Source: the human T2T-CHM13v2.0 reference genome, Homo sapiens
Length of the DNA stretch: 64,000 nucleotides
NCBI RefSeq assembly: GCF_009914755.1
Contig: NC_060925.1
Direction: 5' to 3' (one strand)
The position numbers and the translations under genes were made by a program. Under the pieces are notes generated by a model. That model was not told the DNA's origin, searched no databases, and saw nothing but the letters and a program-made list of their open reading frames with translations. Shown here one piece after another: positions 14,529 to 29,700 of this stretch (the first letter of the stretch is position 1; each line of letters opens with the position of its first letter).

Positions 14529-15365
14529 GAATTCAAAGGAATCATCATCAAATGGAACCGAATGGAATCCTCACTGAATGGAAATGAAAGGGGTCATCAT
14601 CTAATGGAATCGCATGGAATCATCATCAAATGGAATCGAATGGAATCACCATCAAATGGAATCTAATGGAATCATTGAACAGAATTGAATGGAATCGTCA
14701 TCGAATGAATTGAATGCAATCATCGAATGGTCTCGAATGGATTCATCTTCTAATGGAAAGGAATGGAATCATCGCATAGAATCGAATGGAATTATCATCG
14801 AATGGAATCGAATGGTATCATTGAATGGAATCGAATGGAATCATCATCAGATGGAAATGAATGGAATCGTCATAGAATGGAATCGAATGGATTCATTGAA
14901 TGGAATCAGATGGAATCATCGAATGGACTGGAATGGAATCATTGAATGGACTCGATAGGGATCATTATTGAATGGAATTGAATGGAATCATCGAATGGTC
15001 TCGATTGGAATCATTATCAAATGGAATCGAATGGAATCACCGAATAGAATCAAATGGAACAATCATCGAATGGACTCAAATGGAATTATCCTCAAATGGA
15101 ATCGAATGGAATTATCGAATGCAATCGAATGGAATTATCGAATGCAATCGAATAGAATCATCGAATGGACTCGAATGGAATCATCGAATGGAATGGAATG
15201 GAACAGTCAATGAACTCGAATGGAATCATCATTGAATGGAATCGAATGGAATCATCGAGTGGAATCGAATGGAATTATGATCAAATGGAATCGAATGTAA
15301 TCCTCATCAAATGGAATAAAAAATAACCATCATCAATTGGTATTGAATGGAATTGTCATCAAATG
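14529..15365 (+). repeat. Truncated 837-bp unit (939-bp deletion)
   Basis: Module A runs to ...aatggtatca (14820) and continues as ttgaatgg...catcagatgg of the unit tail instead of acaccaaacgg. Confidence 0.92.
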
Positions 15366-17756
15366 GAATTCAAAGGAATCATCATCAAATGGAACCGAAT
15401 GGAATCCTCATTGAATGGAAATGAAAGGGGTCATCATCTAATGGAATCGCATGGAATCATCATCAAATGGAATCGAATGGAATCAACATCAAATGGAATC
15501 AAATGGAATCATTGAACGGAATTGAATGGAATCGTCATCGAATGAATTGGATGCAATCATCGAATGGTCTCGAATGGAATCTTCTTCAAATGGAATGGAA
15601 TGGAATCATCGCATAGAATCGAATGGAATTATCATCGAATGGAATCGAATGGAATCAACATCAAACGGAAAAAAACGGAATTATCGAATGGAATCGAAGA
15701 GAATCATCGAATGGACCCGAATGGAATCATCTAATGGAATGGAATGGAATAATCCATGGACTCGAATGCAATCATCATCGAATGGAATCGAATGGAATCA
15801 TCGAATGGACTCGAATGGAATAATCATTGAACGGAATCGAATGGAATCATCATCGGATGGAAACGAATGGAATCATCATCGAATGGAAATGAAAGGAGTC
15901 ATCATCTAATGGAATTGCATGGAATCATCATAAAATGGAATCGAATGGAATCAACATCAAATGGAATCAAATGGAATCATTGAACGGAATTGAATGGAAT
16001 CGTCATCGAATGAATTGACTGCAATCATCGAATGGTCTCGAATGTAATCACATTCTAATGGAAAGGAATGGAATCATCGCATAGAATCGAATGGAATTAA
16101 CATTGAATGGACTCGAATGGAATCAACATCAAACGGAATCAAGCGGAATTATCGAATGGAATCGAAGAGAATCATCGAATGGTCTCGAATGGAATCATCT
16201 TCTAATGGAAAGGAATGGAATCATCGCATAGAATCGAATGGAATTAACATTGAATGGACTCGAATGGAATCAACATCAAATGGAATCAAGCGGAATTATC
16301 GAATGAAATCGAAGAGAATCATCGAATGGACTCGAATGGAATCATCTAATGGAATGGAATAGAATAATCCACGGACTCGAATGCAATCATCATCGTATAG
16401 AATCGAATGGAATCATCGAATGGACACGAATGGAATAATCATTGAACGGAAGCGAATGGAATCATCATCGGATGGAAACGAATGGAATCATCATCGAATG
16501 GAAATGAAAGGAGTCATCATCTAATGGAATTGCATGGAATCATCATAAAATGGAATCGAATGGAATCAAAATCAAATGGAATCAAATGGAATCATTGAAC
16601 GGAATTGAATGGAATCGTCATCGAATGAATTGACTGCAATCATCGAATGGTCTCGAATGGAATCATCTTCAAATGGAATGGAATGGAATCATCGCATAGA
16701 ATCGAATGGAATTATCATCGAATGGAATCGAATGGAATCAACATCAAACGGAAAAAAACGGAATTATCGAATGGAATCGAAGAGAATCATCGAATGGACC
16801 CGAATGGAATCATCTAATGGAATGGAATGGAATAATCCATGGACTCGAATGCAATCATCATCGAATGGAATCGAATGGAATCATCGAATGGACTCGAATG
16901 GAATAATCATTGAACGGAATCGAATGGAATCATCATCGGATGGAAATGAATGGAATCATCATCGAATGGAATCGAATAGAATTATGGAATGAAATCCAGT
17001 GTGATCATCATCGAATGGACCCGAATGGAATAATCATCCAACGGAAGCTAATGGAATCAACATCGAATGAATCGAATGGAAACACCATCGAATTGAAACG
17101 AATGGAATTATCATGAAATTGAAATGGATGGACTCATCATCGGATGGATTCGAATGGAATCATCGAATAAAATTGATTGAAATCATCATCCAATGGAATC
17201 GAATGGTATCATTGAATGGAATCGAATGGAATCATCATCAGATGGAAATGAATGGAATCGTCATAGAATGGAATCGAATGGATTCATTGAATGGAATCAG
17301 ATGGAATCATCGAATGGACTGGAATGGAATCATTGAATGGACTCGAAAGGGATCATGATTGAATGGAATTGAATGGAATCATCGAATGGTCTCGATTGGA
17401 ATCATTATCAAATGGAATCGAATGGAATCACCGAATAGAATCGAATGGAACAATCATCGAATGGACTCAAATGGAATTATCCTCAAATGGAATCGAATGG
17501 AATTATCGAATGCAATCGAATGGAATTATCGAATGCAATCGAATAGAATCATCGAATGGACTCGAATGGAATCATCGAATGGAATGGAATGGAACAGTCA
17601 ATGAACTCGAATGGAATCATCATTGAATGGAATCGAATGGAATCATCGAGTGGAATCGAATGGAATTATGATCAAATGCAATCGAATGTAATCCTCATCA
17701 AATGGAATCAAAAATAACCATCATCAATTGGTATTGAATGGAATTGTCATCAAATG
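15366..17756 (+). repeat. Expanded 2391-bp unit: three modules, the middle one diverged and containing a 147-bp duplication
   Basis: 2391 = 1776 + 468 + 147. Module-equivalent positions are 15526, 15994 and 16609. aatcatcgaatgg at 16023, 16170 and 16317 delimits the two 147-bp copies. Confidence 0.9.
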
Positions 17757-20700
17757 GAATTCAAAGGAATCATCATCAAATGGAACCGAATGGAATCCTC
17801 ATTGAATGGAAATGAAAGGGGTCATCATCTAATGGAATCGCATGGAATCATCATCAAATGGAATCGAATGGAATCATCATCAAATGGAATCTAATGGAAT
17901 CATTGAACAGAATTGAATGGAATCGTCATCGAATGAATTGAATGCAATCATCGAATGGTCTCGAATGGAATCATCTTCTAATGGAAAGGAATGGAATCAT
18001 CGCATAGAATCGAATGGAATTATCATCGAATGGAATCGAATGGTATCAACACCAAACGGAAAAAAACGGAATTATCGAATGGAATCGAAGAGAACCTTCG
18101 AACGGACCCGAATGGAATCATCTAATGGAATGGAATGGAATAATCCATGGACTCGAATGCAATCATCATCGAATGGAATCGAATGGAATCATCGAATGGA
18201 CTCGAATGGAATAATCATTGAACGGAATCGAATGGAATCATCATCGGATGGAAACGAATGGAATCATCATCGAATGGAAATGAAAGGTGTCATCATCTAA
18301 TGGAATTGCATGGAATCATCATAAAATGGAATCGAATGGAATCAACATCAAATGGAATCAAATGGAATCATTGAACGGAATTGAATGGAATCGTCATCGA
18401 ATGAATTGACTGCAATCATCGAATGGTCTCGAATGGAATCATCTTCAAATGGAATGGAATGGAATCATCGCATAGAATCGAATGGAATTATCATCGAATG
18501 GAATCGAATGGAATCAACATCAAACGGAAAAAAACAGAATTATCGTATGGAATCGAAGAGAATCATCGAATGGACCCGAATGGAATCATCTAATGGAATG
18601 GAATGGAATAATCCATGGACTCGAATGCAATCATCATCGAATGGAATCGAATGGAATCATCGAATGGACTCGAATGGAATAATCATTGAACGGAATCGAA
18701 TGGAATCATCATCTGATGGAAATGAATGGAATCATCATCGAATGGAATCGAATAGAATTATGGAATGAAATCCAGTGTGATCATCATCGAATGGACCCGA
18801 ATGGAATCATCATCCAACGGAAGCTAATGGAATCAACATCGAATGAATCGAATGGAAACACCATCGAATTGAAACGAATGGAATTATCATGAAATTGAAA
18901 TGGATGGACTCATCATCGAATGGATTCGAATGGAATCATCGAATAAAATTGATTGAAATCATCATCCAATGCAATCGAATGGTATCATTGAATGGAATCG
19001 AATGGAATCATCATCAGATGGAAATGAATGGAATCGTCATAGAATGGAATCGAATGGATTCATTGAATGGAATCAGATGAAATCATCGAATGGACTGGAA
19101 TGGAATCATTGAATGGACTCGAAAGGGATCATTATTGAATGGAATTGAATGGAATCATCGAATGGTCTCGATTGGAATCATTATCAAATGGAATCGAATG
19201 GAATCACCGAATAGAATCGAATGGAACAATCATCGAATGGACTCAAATGGAATTATCCTCCAATGGAATGGAATGGAATTATCGAATGCAATCGAATGGA
19301 ATTATCGAATGCAATCGAATAGAATCATCGAATGGACTCGAATGGAATCATCGAATGGAATGGAATGGAACAGTCAATGAACTCGAATGGAATCATCATT
19401 GAATGGAATCGAATGGAATCATCGAGTGGAATCGAATGGAATTATGATCAAATGGAATCGAATGTAATCATCATCAAATGGAATCAAAAATAACCATCAT
19501 CAATTGGTATTGAATGGAATTGTCATCAAATGGAATTCAAAGGAATCATCATCAAATGGAACCGAATGGAATCCTCATTGAATGGAAATGAAAGGGGTCA
19601 TCATCTAATGGAATCGCATGGAATCATCATCAAATGGAATCGAATGGAATCACCATCAAATGGAATCTAATGGAATCATTGAACAGAATTGAATGGAATC
19701 GTCATCGAATGAATTGAATGCAATCATCGAATGGTCTCGAATGGATTCATCTTCTAATGGAAAGGAATGGAATCATCGCATAGAATCGAATGGAATTATC
19801 ATCGAATGGAATCGAATGGTATCAACACCAAACGGAAAAAAACGGAATTATCGAATGGAATCGAAGAGAATCTTCGAACGGACCCGAATGGAATCATCTA
19901 ATGGAATGGAATGGAATAATCCATGGACTCGAATGCAATCATCATCGAATGGAATCGAATGGAATCATCGAATGGACTCGAATGGAATAATCATTGAACG
20001 GAATCGATTGGAATCATCATCGGATGGAAACGAATGGAATCATCATCGAATGGAAATGAAAGGAGTCATCATCTAATGGAATTGCATGGAATCATCATAA
20101 AATGGAATCGAATGGAATCAACATCAAATGGAATCAAATGGAATCATTGAACGGAATTGAATGGAATCGTCATCGAATGAATTGACTGCAATCATCCAAT
20201 GGTCTCGAATGGAATCATCTTCAAATGGAATGGAATGGAATCATCGCATAGAATCGAATGGAATTATCATCGAATGGAATCGAATGGAATCAACATCCAA
20301 CGGAAAAAAACGGAATTATCGAATGGAATCGAAGAGAATCATCGAATGGACCCGAATGGAATCATGTAATGGAATGGAATGGAATAATCCATGGACTCGA
20401 ATGCAATCATCATCGAATGGAATCGAATGGAATCATCGAATGGACTCGAATGGAATAATCATTGAACGGAATCGAATGGAATCATCATCGGATGGAAATG
20501 AATGGAATCATCATCGAATGGAATCGAATAGAATTATGGAATGAAATCCAGTGTGATCATCATCGAATGGACCCGAATGGAATCATCATCCAACGGAAGC
20601 TAATGGAATCAACATCGAATGAATCAAATGGAAACACCATCGAATTGAAACGAATGGAATTATCATGAAATTGAAATGGATGGACTCATCATCGAATGGA

Positions 20701-23700
20701 TTCGAATGGAATCATCGAATAAAATTGATTGAAATCATCATCGAATGGAATCGAATGGTATCATTGAATGGAATCGAATGGAATCATCATCAGATGGAAA
20801 TGAATGGAATCGTCATAGAATGGAATCGAATGGATTCATTGAATGGAATCAGATGGAATCATCGAATGGACTGGAATGGAATCATTGAATGGACTCGAAA
20901 GGGATCATTATTGAATGGAATTGAATGGAATCATCGAATGGTCTCGATTGGAATCATTATCAAATGGAATCGAATGGAATCACCGAATAGAATCGAATGG
21001 AACAATCATCGAATGGACTCAAATGGAATTATCCTCAAATGGAATCGAATGGAATTATCGAATGCAATCGAATGGAATTATCGAATGCAATCGAATAGAA
21101 TCATCGAATGGACTCGAATGGAATCATCGAATGGAATGGAATGGAACAGTCAATGAACTCGAATGGAATCATCATTGAATGGAATCGAATGGAATCATCG
21201 AGTGGAATCGAATGGAATTATGATCAAATGGAATCGAATGTAATCATCATCAAATGGAATCAAAAATAACCATCATCAATTGGTATTGAATGGAATTGTC
21301 ATCAAATGGAATTCAAAGGAATCATCATCAAATGGAACCGAATGGAATCCTCATTGAATGGAAATGAAAGGGGTCATCATCTAATGGAATCGCATGGAAT
21401 CATCATAAAATGGAATCGAATGAAATCAACATCAAATGGAATCAAATGGAATCATTGAACGGAATTGAATGGAATCGTCATCGAATGAATTGGATGCAAT
21501 CATCGAATGGTCTCGAATGGAATCTTCTTCAAATGGAATGGAATGGAATCATCGCATAGAATCGAATGGAATTATCATCGAATGGAATCGAATGGAATCA
21601 ACATCAAACGGAAAAAAACGGAATTATCGAATGGAATCGAAGAGAATCATCGAATGGACCCGAATGGAATCATCTAATGGAATGGAATGGAATAATCCAT
21701 GGACTCGAATGCAATCATCATCGAATGGAATCGAATGGAATCATCGAATGGACTCGAATGGAATAATCATTGAACGGAATCGATTGGAATCATCATCGGA
21801 TGGAAACGAATGGAATCATCATCGAATGGAAATGAAAGGAGTCATCATCTAATGGAATTGCATGGAATCATCATAAAATGGAATCGAATGGAATCAACAT
21901 CAAATGGAATCAAATGGAATCATTGAACGGAATTGAATGGAATCGTCATCGAATGAATTGACTGCAATCATCGAATGGTCTCGAATGGAATCATCTTCAA
22001 ATGGAATGGAATGGAATCATCGCATAGAATCGAATGGAATTATCATCGAATGGAATCGAATGGAATCAACATCCAACGGAAAAAAACGGAATTATCGAAT
22101 GGAATCGAAGAGAATCATCGAATGGACCCGAATGGAATCATCTAATGGAATGGAATGGAATAATCCATGGACTCGAATGCAATCATCATCGAATGGAATC
22201 GAATGGAATCATCGAATGGACTCGAATGGAATAATCATTGAACGGAATAGAATGGAATCATCATCGGATGGAAATGAATGGAATCATCATCGAATGGAAT
22301 CGAATACAATTATGGAATGAAATCCAGTGTGATCATCATCGAATGGACCCGAATGGAATCATCATCCAACGGAAGCTAATGGAATCAACATCGAATGAAT
22401 CAAATGGAAACACCATCGAATTGAAACGAATGGAATTATCATGAAATTGAAATGGATGGACTCATCATCGAATGGATTCGAAAGGAATCATCGAATAAAA
22501 TTGATTGAAATCATCATCGAATGGAATCGAATGGTATCATTGAATGGAATCGAATGGAATCATCATCAGATGGAAATGAATGGAATCGTCATAGAATGGA
22601 ATCGAATGGATTCATTGAATGGAATCAGATGGAATCATCGAATGGACTGGAATGGAATCATTGAATGGACTCGAAAGGGATCATGATTGAATGGAATTGA
22701 ATGGAATCATCGAATGGTCTCGATTGGAATCATTATCAAATGGAATCGAATGGAATCACCGAATAGAATCGAATGGAACAATCATCGAATGGACTCAAAT
22801 GGAATTATCCTCAAATGGAATCGAATGGAATTATCGAATGCAATCGAATGGAATTATCGAATGCAATCGAATAGAATGATCGAATGGACTCGAATGGAAT
22901 CATTGAATGGAATGGAATGGAACAGTCAATGAACTCGAATGGAATCATCATTGAATGGAATCGAATGGAATCATCGAGTGGAATCGAAAGGAATTATGAT
23001 CAAATGGAATCGAATGTAATCATCATCAAATGGAATCAAAAATAACCATCATCAATTGCTATTGAATGGAATTGTCATCAAATGGAATTCAATGGAATCA
23101 TCATCAAATGGAACCGAATGGAATCCTCATTGAATGGAAATGAAAGGGGTCATCATCTAATGGAATCGCATGGAATCATCATCAAATGGAATCGAATGGA
23201 ATCATCATCAAATGGAATCTAATGGAATCATTGAACAGAATTGAATGGAATCGTCATCGAATGAATTGAATGCAATCATCGAATGGTCTCGAATGGAATC
23301 ATCTTCTAATGGAAAGGAATGGAATCATCGCATAGAATCGAATGGAATTATCATCGAATGGAATCGAATGGTATCAACACCAAACGGAAAAAAACGGAAT
23401 TATCGAATGGAATCGAAGAGAATCTTCGAACGGACCCGAATGGAATCATCTAATGGAATGGAATGGAATAATCCATGGACTCGAATGCAATCATCAACGA
23501 ATGGAAACGAAGGGAATCATCGAATGGACTCGAATGGAATAATCATTGAACGGAATCGAATGGAATCATCATCGGATGGAAACGAATGGAATCATCATCG
23601 AATGGAAATGAAAGGAGTCATCATCTAATGGAATTGCATGGAATCATCATAAAATGGAATCGAATGGAATCAACATCAAATGGAATCAAATGGAATCATT

Positions 23701-26700
23701 GAACGGAATTGAATGGAATCGTCATCGAATGAATTGACTGCAATCATCGAATGGTCTCGAATGGAATCATCTTCAAATGGAATGGAATGGAATCATCGCA
23801 TAGAATCGAATGGAATTATCATCGAATGGAATCGAATGGAATCAACATCCAACGGAAAAAAACGGAATTATCGAATGGAATCGAAGAGAATCATCGAATG
23901 GACCCGAATGGAATCATCTAATGGAATGGAATGGAATAATCCATGGACTCGAATGCAATCATCATCGAATGGAATCGAATGGAATCATCGAATGGACTCG
24001 AATGGAATAATCATTGAACGGAATCGAATGGAATCATCATCGGATGGAAATGAATGGAATCATCATCGAATGGAATCGAATAGAATTATGGAATGAAATC
24101 CAGTGTGATCATCATCGAATGGACCCGAATGGAATCATCATCCAACGGAAGCTAATGGAATCAACATCGAATGAATCGAATGGAAACACCATCGAATTGA
24201 AACGAATGGAATTATCATGAAATTGAAATGGATGGACTCATCATCGGATGGATTCGAATGGAATCATCGAATAAAATTGATTGAAATCATCATCCAATGG
24301 AATCGAATGGTATCATTGAATGGAATCGAATGGAATCATCATCAGATGGAAATGAATGGAATCGTCATAGAATGGAATCGAATGGATTCATTGAATGGAA
24401 TCAGATGGAATCATCGAATGGACTGGAATGGAATCATTGAATGGACTCGAAAGGGATCATGATTGAATGGAATTGAATGGAATCATCGAATGGTCTCGAT
24501 TGGAATCATTATCAAATGGAATCGAATGGAATCACCGAATAGAATCGAATGGAACAATCATCGAATGGACTCAAATGGAATTATCCTCAAATGGAATCGA
24601 ATGGAATTATCGAATGCAATCGAATGGAATTATCGAATGCAATCGAATAGAATCATCGAATGGACTCGAATGGAATCATCGAATGGAATGGAATGGAACA
24701 GTCAATGAACTCGAATGGAATCATCATTGAATGGAATCGAATGGAATCATCGAGTGGAATCGAATGGAATTATGATCAAATGCAATCGAATGTAATCCTC
24801 ATCAAATGGAATCAAAAATAGCCATCATCAATTGGTATTGAATGGAATTGTCATCAAATGGAATTCAAAGGAATCATCATCAAATGGAACCGAATGGAAT
24901 CCTCATTGAATGGAAATGAAAGGGGTCATCATCTAATGGAATCGCATGGAATCATCATCAAATGGAATCGAATGGAATCATCATCAAATGGAATCTAATG
25001 GAATCATTGAACAGAATTGAATGGAATCGTCATCGAATGAATTGAATGCAATCATCGAATGGTCTCGAATGGAATCATCTTCTAATGGAAAGGAATGGAA
25101 TCATCGCATAGAATCGAATGGAATTATCATCGAATGGAATCGAATGGTATCAACACCAAACGGAAAAAAACGGAATTATCGAATGGAATCGAAGAGAACC
25201 TTCGAACGGACCCGAATGGAATCATCTAATGGAATGGAATGGAATAATCCATGGACTCGAATGCAATCATCATCGAATGGAATCGAATGAAATCATCGAA
25301 TGGACTCGAATGGAATAATCATTGAACGGAATCGAATGGAATCATCATCGGATGGAAACGAATGGAATCATCATCGAATGGAAATGAAAGGTGTCATCAT
25401 CTAATGGAATTGCATGGAATCATCATAAAATGGAATCGAATGGAATCAACATCAAATGGAATCAAATGGAATCATTGAACGGAATTGAATGGAATCGTCA
25501 TCGAATGAATTGACTACAATCACCGAATGGTCTCGAATGGAATCATCTTCAAATGGAATGGAATGGAATCATCGCATAGAATCGAATGGAATTATCATCG
25601 AATGGAATCGAATGGAATCAACATCAAACGGAAAAAAAAAGAATTATCGTATGGAATCGAAGAGAATCATCGAATGGACCCGAATGGAATCATCTAATGG
25701 AATGGAATGGAATAATCCATGGACTCGAATGCAATCATCATCGAATGGAATCGAATGGAATCATCGAATGGACTCGAATGGAATAATCATTGAACGGAAT
25801 CGAATGGAATCATCATCGGATGGAAATGAATGGAATCATCATCGAATGGAATCGAATAGAATTATGGAATGAAATCCAGTGTGATCATCATCGAATGGAC
25901 CCGAATGGAATCATCATCCAACGGAAGCTAATGGAATCAACATCGAATGAATCGAATGGAAACACCATCGAATTGAAACGAATGGAATTATCATGAAATT
26001 GAAATGGATGGACTCATCATCGAATGGATTCGAATGGAATCATCGAATAAAATTGATTGAAATCATCATCGAATGGAATCGAATGGTATCATTGAATGGA
26101 ATCGAATGGAATCATCATCAGATGGAAATGAATGGAATCGTCATAGAATGGAATCGAATGGATTCATTGAATGGAATCAGATGGAATCATCGAATGGACT
26201 GGAATGGAATCATTGAATGGACTCGAAAGGGATCATTATTGAATGGAATTGAATGGAATCATCGAATGGTCTCGATTGGAATCATTATCAAATGGAATCG
26301 AATGGAATCACCGAATAGAATCGAATGGAACAATCATCGAATGGACTCAAATGGAATTATCCTCCAATGGAATGGAATGGAATTATCGAATGCAATCGAA
26401 TGGAATTATCGAATGCAATCGAATAGAATCATCGAATGGACTCGAATGGAATCATCGAATGGAATGGAATGGAACAGTCAATGAACTCGAATGGAATCAT
26501 CATTGAATGGAATCGAATGGAATCATCGAGTGGAATCGAATGGAATTATGATCAAATGGAATCGAATGTAATCATCATCAAATGGAATCAAAAATAACCA
26601 TCATCAATTGGTATTGAATGGAATTGTCATCAAATGGAATTCAAAGGAATCATCATCAAATGGAACCGAATGGAATCCTCATTGAATGGAAATGAAAGGG

Positions 26701-29700
26701 GTCATCATCTAATGGAATCGCATGGAATCATCATCAAATGGAATCGAATGGAATCACCATCAAATGGAATCTAATGGAATCATTGAACAGAATTGAATGG
26801 AATCGTCATCGAATGAATTGAATGCAATCATCGAATGGTCTCGAATGGATTCATCTTCTAATGGAAAGGAATGGAATCATCGCATAGAATCGAATGGAAT
26901 TATCATCGAATGGAATCGAATGGTATCAACACCAAACGGAAAAAAACGGAATTATCGAATGGAATCGAAGAGAATCTTCGAACGGACCCGAATGGAATCA
27001 TCTAATGGAATGGAATGGAATAATCCATGGACTCGAATGCAATCATCATCGAATGGAATCGAATGGAATCATCGAATGGACTCGAATGGAATAATCATTG
27101 AACGGAATCGATTGGAATCATCATCGGATGGAAACGAATGGAATCATCATCGAATGGAAATGAAAGGAGTCATCATCTAATGGAATTGCATGGAATCATC
27201 ATAAAATGGAATCGAATGGAATCAACATCAAATGGAATCAAATGGAATCATTGAACGGAATTGAATGGAATCGTCATCGAATGAATTGACTGCAATCATC
27301 CAATGGTCTCGAATGGAATCATCTTCAAATGGAATGGAATGGAATCATCGCATAGAATCGAATGGAATTATCATCGAATGGAATCGAATGGAATCAACAT
27401 CCAACGGAAAAAAACGGAATTATCGAATGGAATCGAAGAGAATCATCGAATGGACCCGAATGGAATCATGTAATGGAATGGAATGGAATAATCCATGGAC
27501 TCGAATGCAATCATCATCGAATGGAATCGAATGGAATCATCGAATGGACTCGAATGGAATAATCATTGAACGGAATCGAATGGAATCATCATCGGATGGA
27601 AATGAATGGAATCATCATCGAATGGAATCGAATAGAATTATGGAATGAAATCCAGTGTGATCATCATCGAATGGACCCGAATGGAATCATCATCCAACGG
27701 AAGCTAATGGAATCAACATCGAATGAATCAAATGGAAACACCATCGAATTGAAACGAATGGAATTATCATGAAATTGAAATGGATGGACTCATCATCGAA
27801 TGGATTCGAATGGAATCATCGAATAAAATTGATTGAAATCATCATCGAATGGAATCGAATGGTATCATTGAATGGAATCGAATGGAATCATCATCAGATG
27901 GAAATGAATGGAATCGTCATAGAATGGAATCGAATGGATTCATTGAATGGAATCAGATGGAATCATCGAATGGACTGGAATGGAATCATTGAATGGACTC
28001 GAAAGGGATCATTATTGAATGGAATTGAATGGAATCATCGAATGGTCTCGATTGGAATCATTATCAAATGGAATCGAATGGAATCACCGAATAGAATCGA
28101 ATGGAACAATCATCGAATGGACTCAAATGGAATTATCCTCAAATGGAATCGAATGGAATTATCGAATGCAATCGAATGGAATTATCGAATGCAATCGAAT
28201 AGAATCATCGAATGGACTCGAATGGAATCATCGAATGGAATGGAATGGAACAGTCAATGAACTCGAATGGAATCATCATTGAATGGAATCGAATGGAATC
28301 ATCGAGTGGAATCGAATGGAATTATGATCAAATGGAATCGAATGTAATCATCATCAAATGGAATCAAAAATAACCATCATCAATTGGTATTGAATGGAAT
28401 TGTCATCAAATGGAATTCAAAGGAATCATCATCAAATGGAACCGAATGGAATCCTCATTGAATGGAAATGAAAGGGGTCATCATCTAATGGAATCGCATG
28501 GAATCATCATAAAATGGAATCGAATGAAATCAACATCAAATGGAATCAAATGGAATCATTGAACGGAATTGAATGGAATCGTCATCGAATGAATTGGATG
28601 CAATCATCGAATGGTCTCGAATGGAATCTTCTTCAAATGGAATGGAATGGAATCATCGCATAGAATCGAATGGAATTATCATCGAATGGAATCGAATGGA
28701 ATCAACATCAAACGGAAAAAAACGGAATTATCGAATGGAATCGAAGAGAATCATCGAATGGACCCGAATGGAATCATCTAATGGAATGGAATGGAATAAT
28801 CCATGGACTCGAATGCAATCATCATCGAATGGAATCGAATGGAATCATCGAATGGACTCGAATGGAATAATCATTGAACGGAATCGATTGGAATCATCAT
28901 CGGATGGAAACGAATGGAATCATCATCGAATGGAAATGAAAGGAGTCATCATCTAATGGAATTGCATGGAATCATCATAAAATGGAATCGAATGGAATCA
29001 ACATCAAATGGAATCAAATGGAATCATTGAACGGAATTGAATGGAATCGTCATCGAATGAATTGACTGCAATCATCGAATGGTCTCGAATGGAATCATCT
29101 TCAAATGGAATGGAATGGAATCATCGCATAGAATCGAATGGAATTATCATCGAATGGAATCGAATGGAATCAACATCCAACGGAAAAAAACGGAATTATC
29201 GAATGGAATCGAAGAGAATCATCGAATGGACCCGAATGGAATCATCTAATGGAATGGAATGGAATAATCCATGGACTCGAATGCAATCATCATCGAATGG
29301 AATCGAATGGAATCATCGAATGGACTCGAATGGAATAATCATTGAACGGAATAGAATGGAATCATCATCGGATGGAAATGAATGGAATCATCATCGAATG
29401 GAATCGAATACAATTATGGAATGAAATCCAGTGTGATCATCATCGAATGGACCCGAATGGAATCATCATCCAACGGAAGCTAATGGAATCAACATCGAAT
29501 GAATCAAATGGAAACACCATCGAATTGAAACGAATGGAATTATCATGAAATTGAAATGGATGGACTCATCATCGAATGGATTCGAAAGGAATCATCGAAT
29601 AAAATTGATTGAAATCATCATCGAATGGAATCGAATGGTATCATTGAATGGAATCGAATGGAATCATCATCAGATGGAAATGAATGGAATCGTCATAGAA

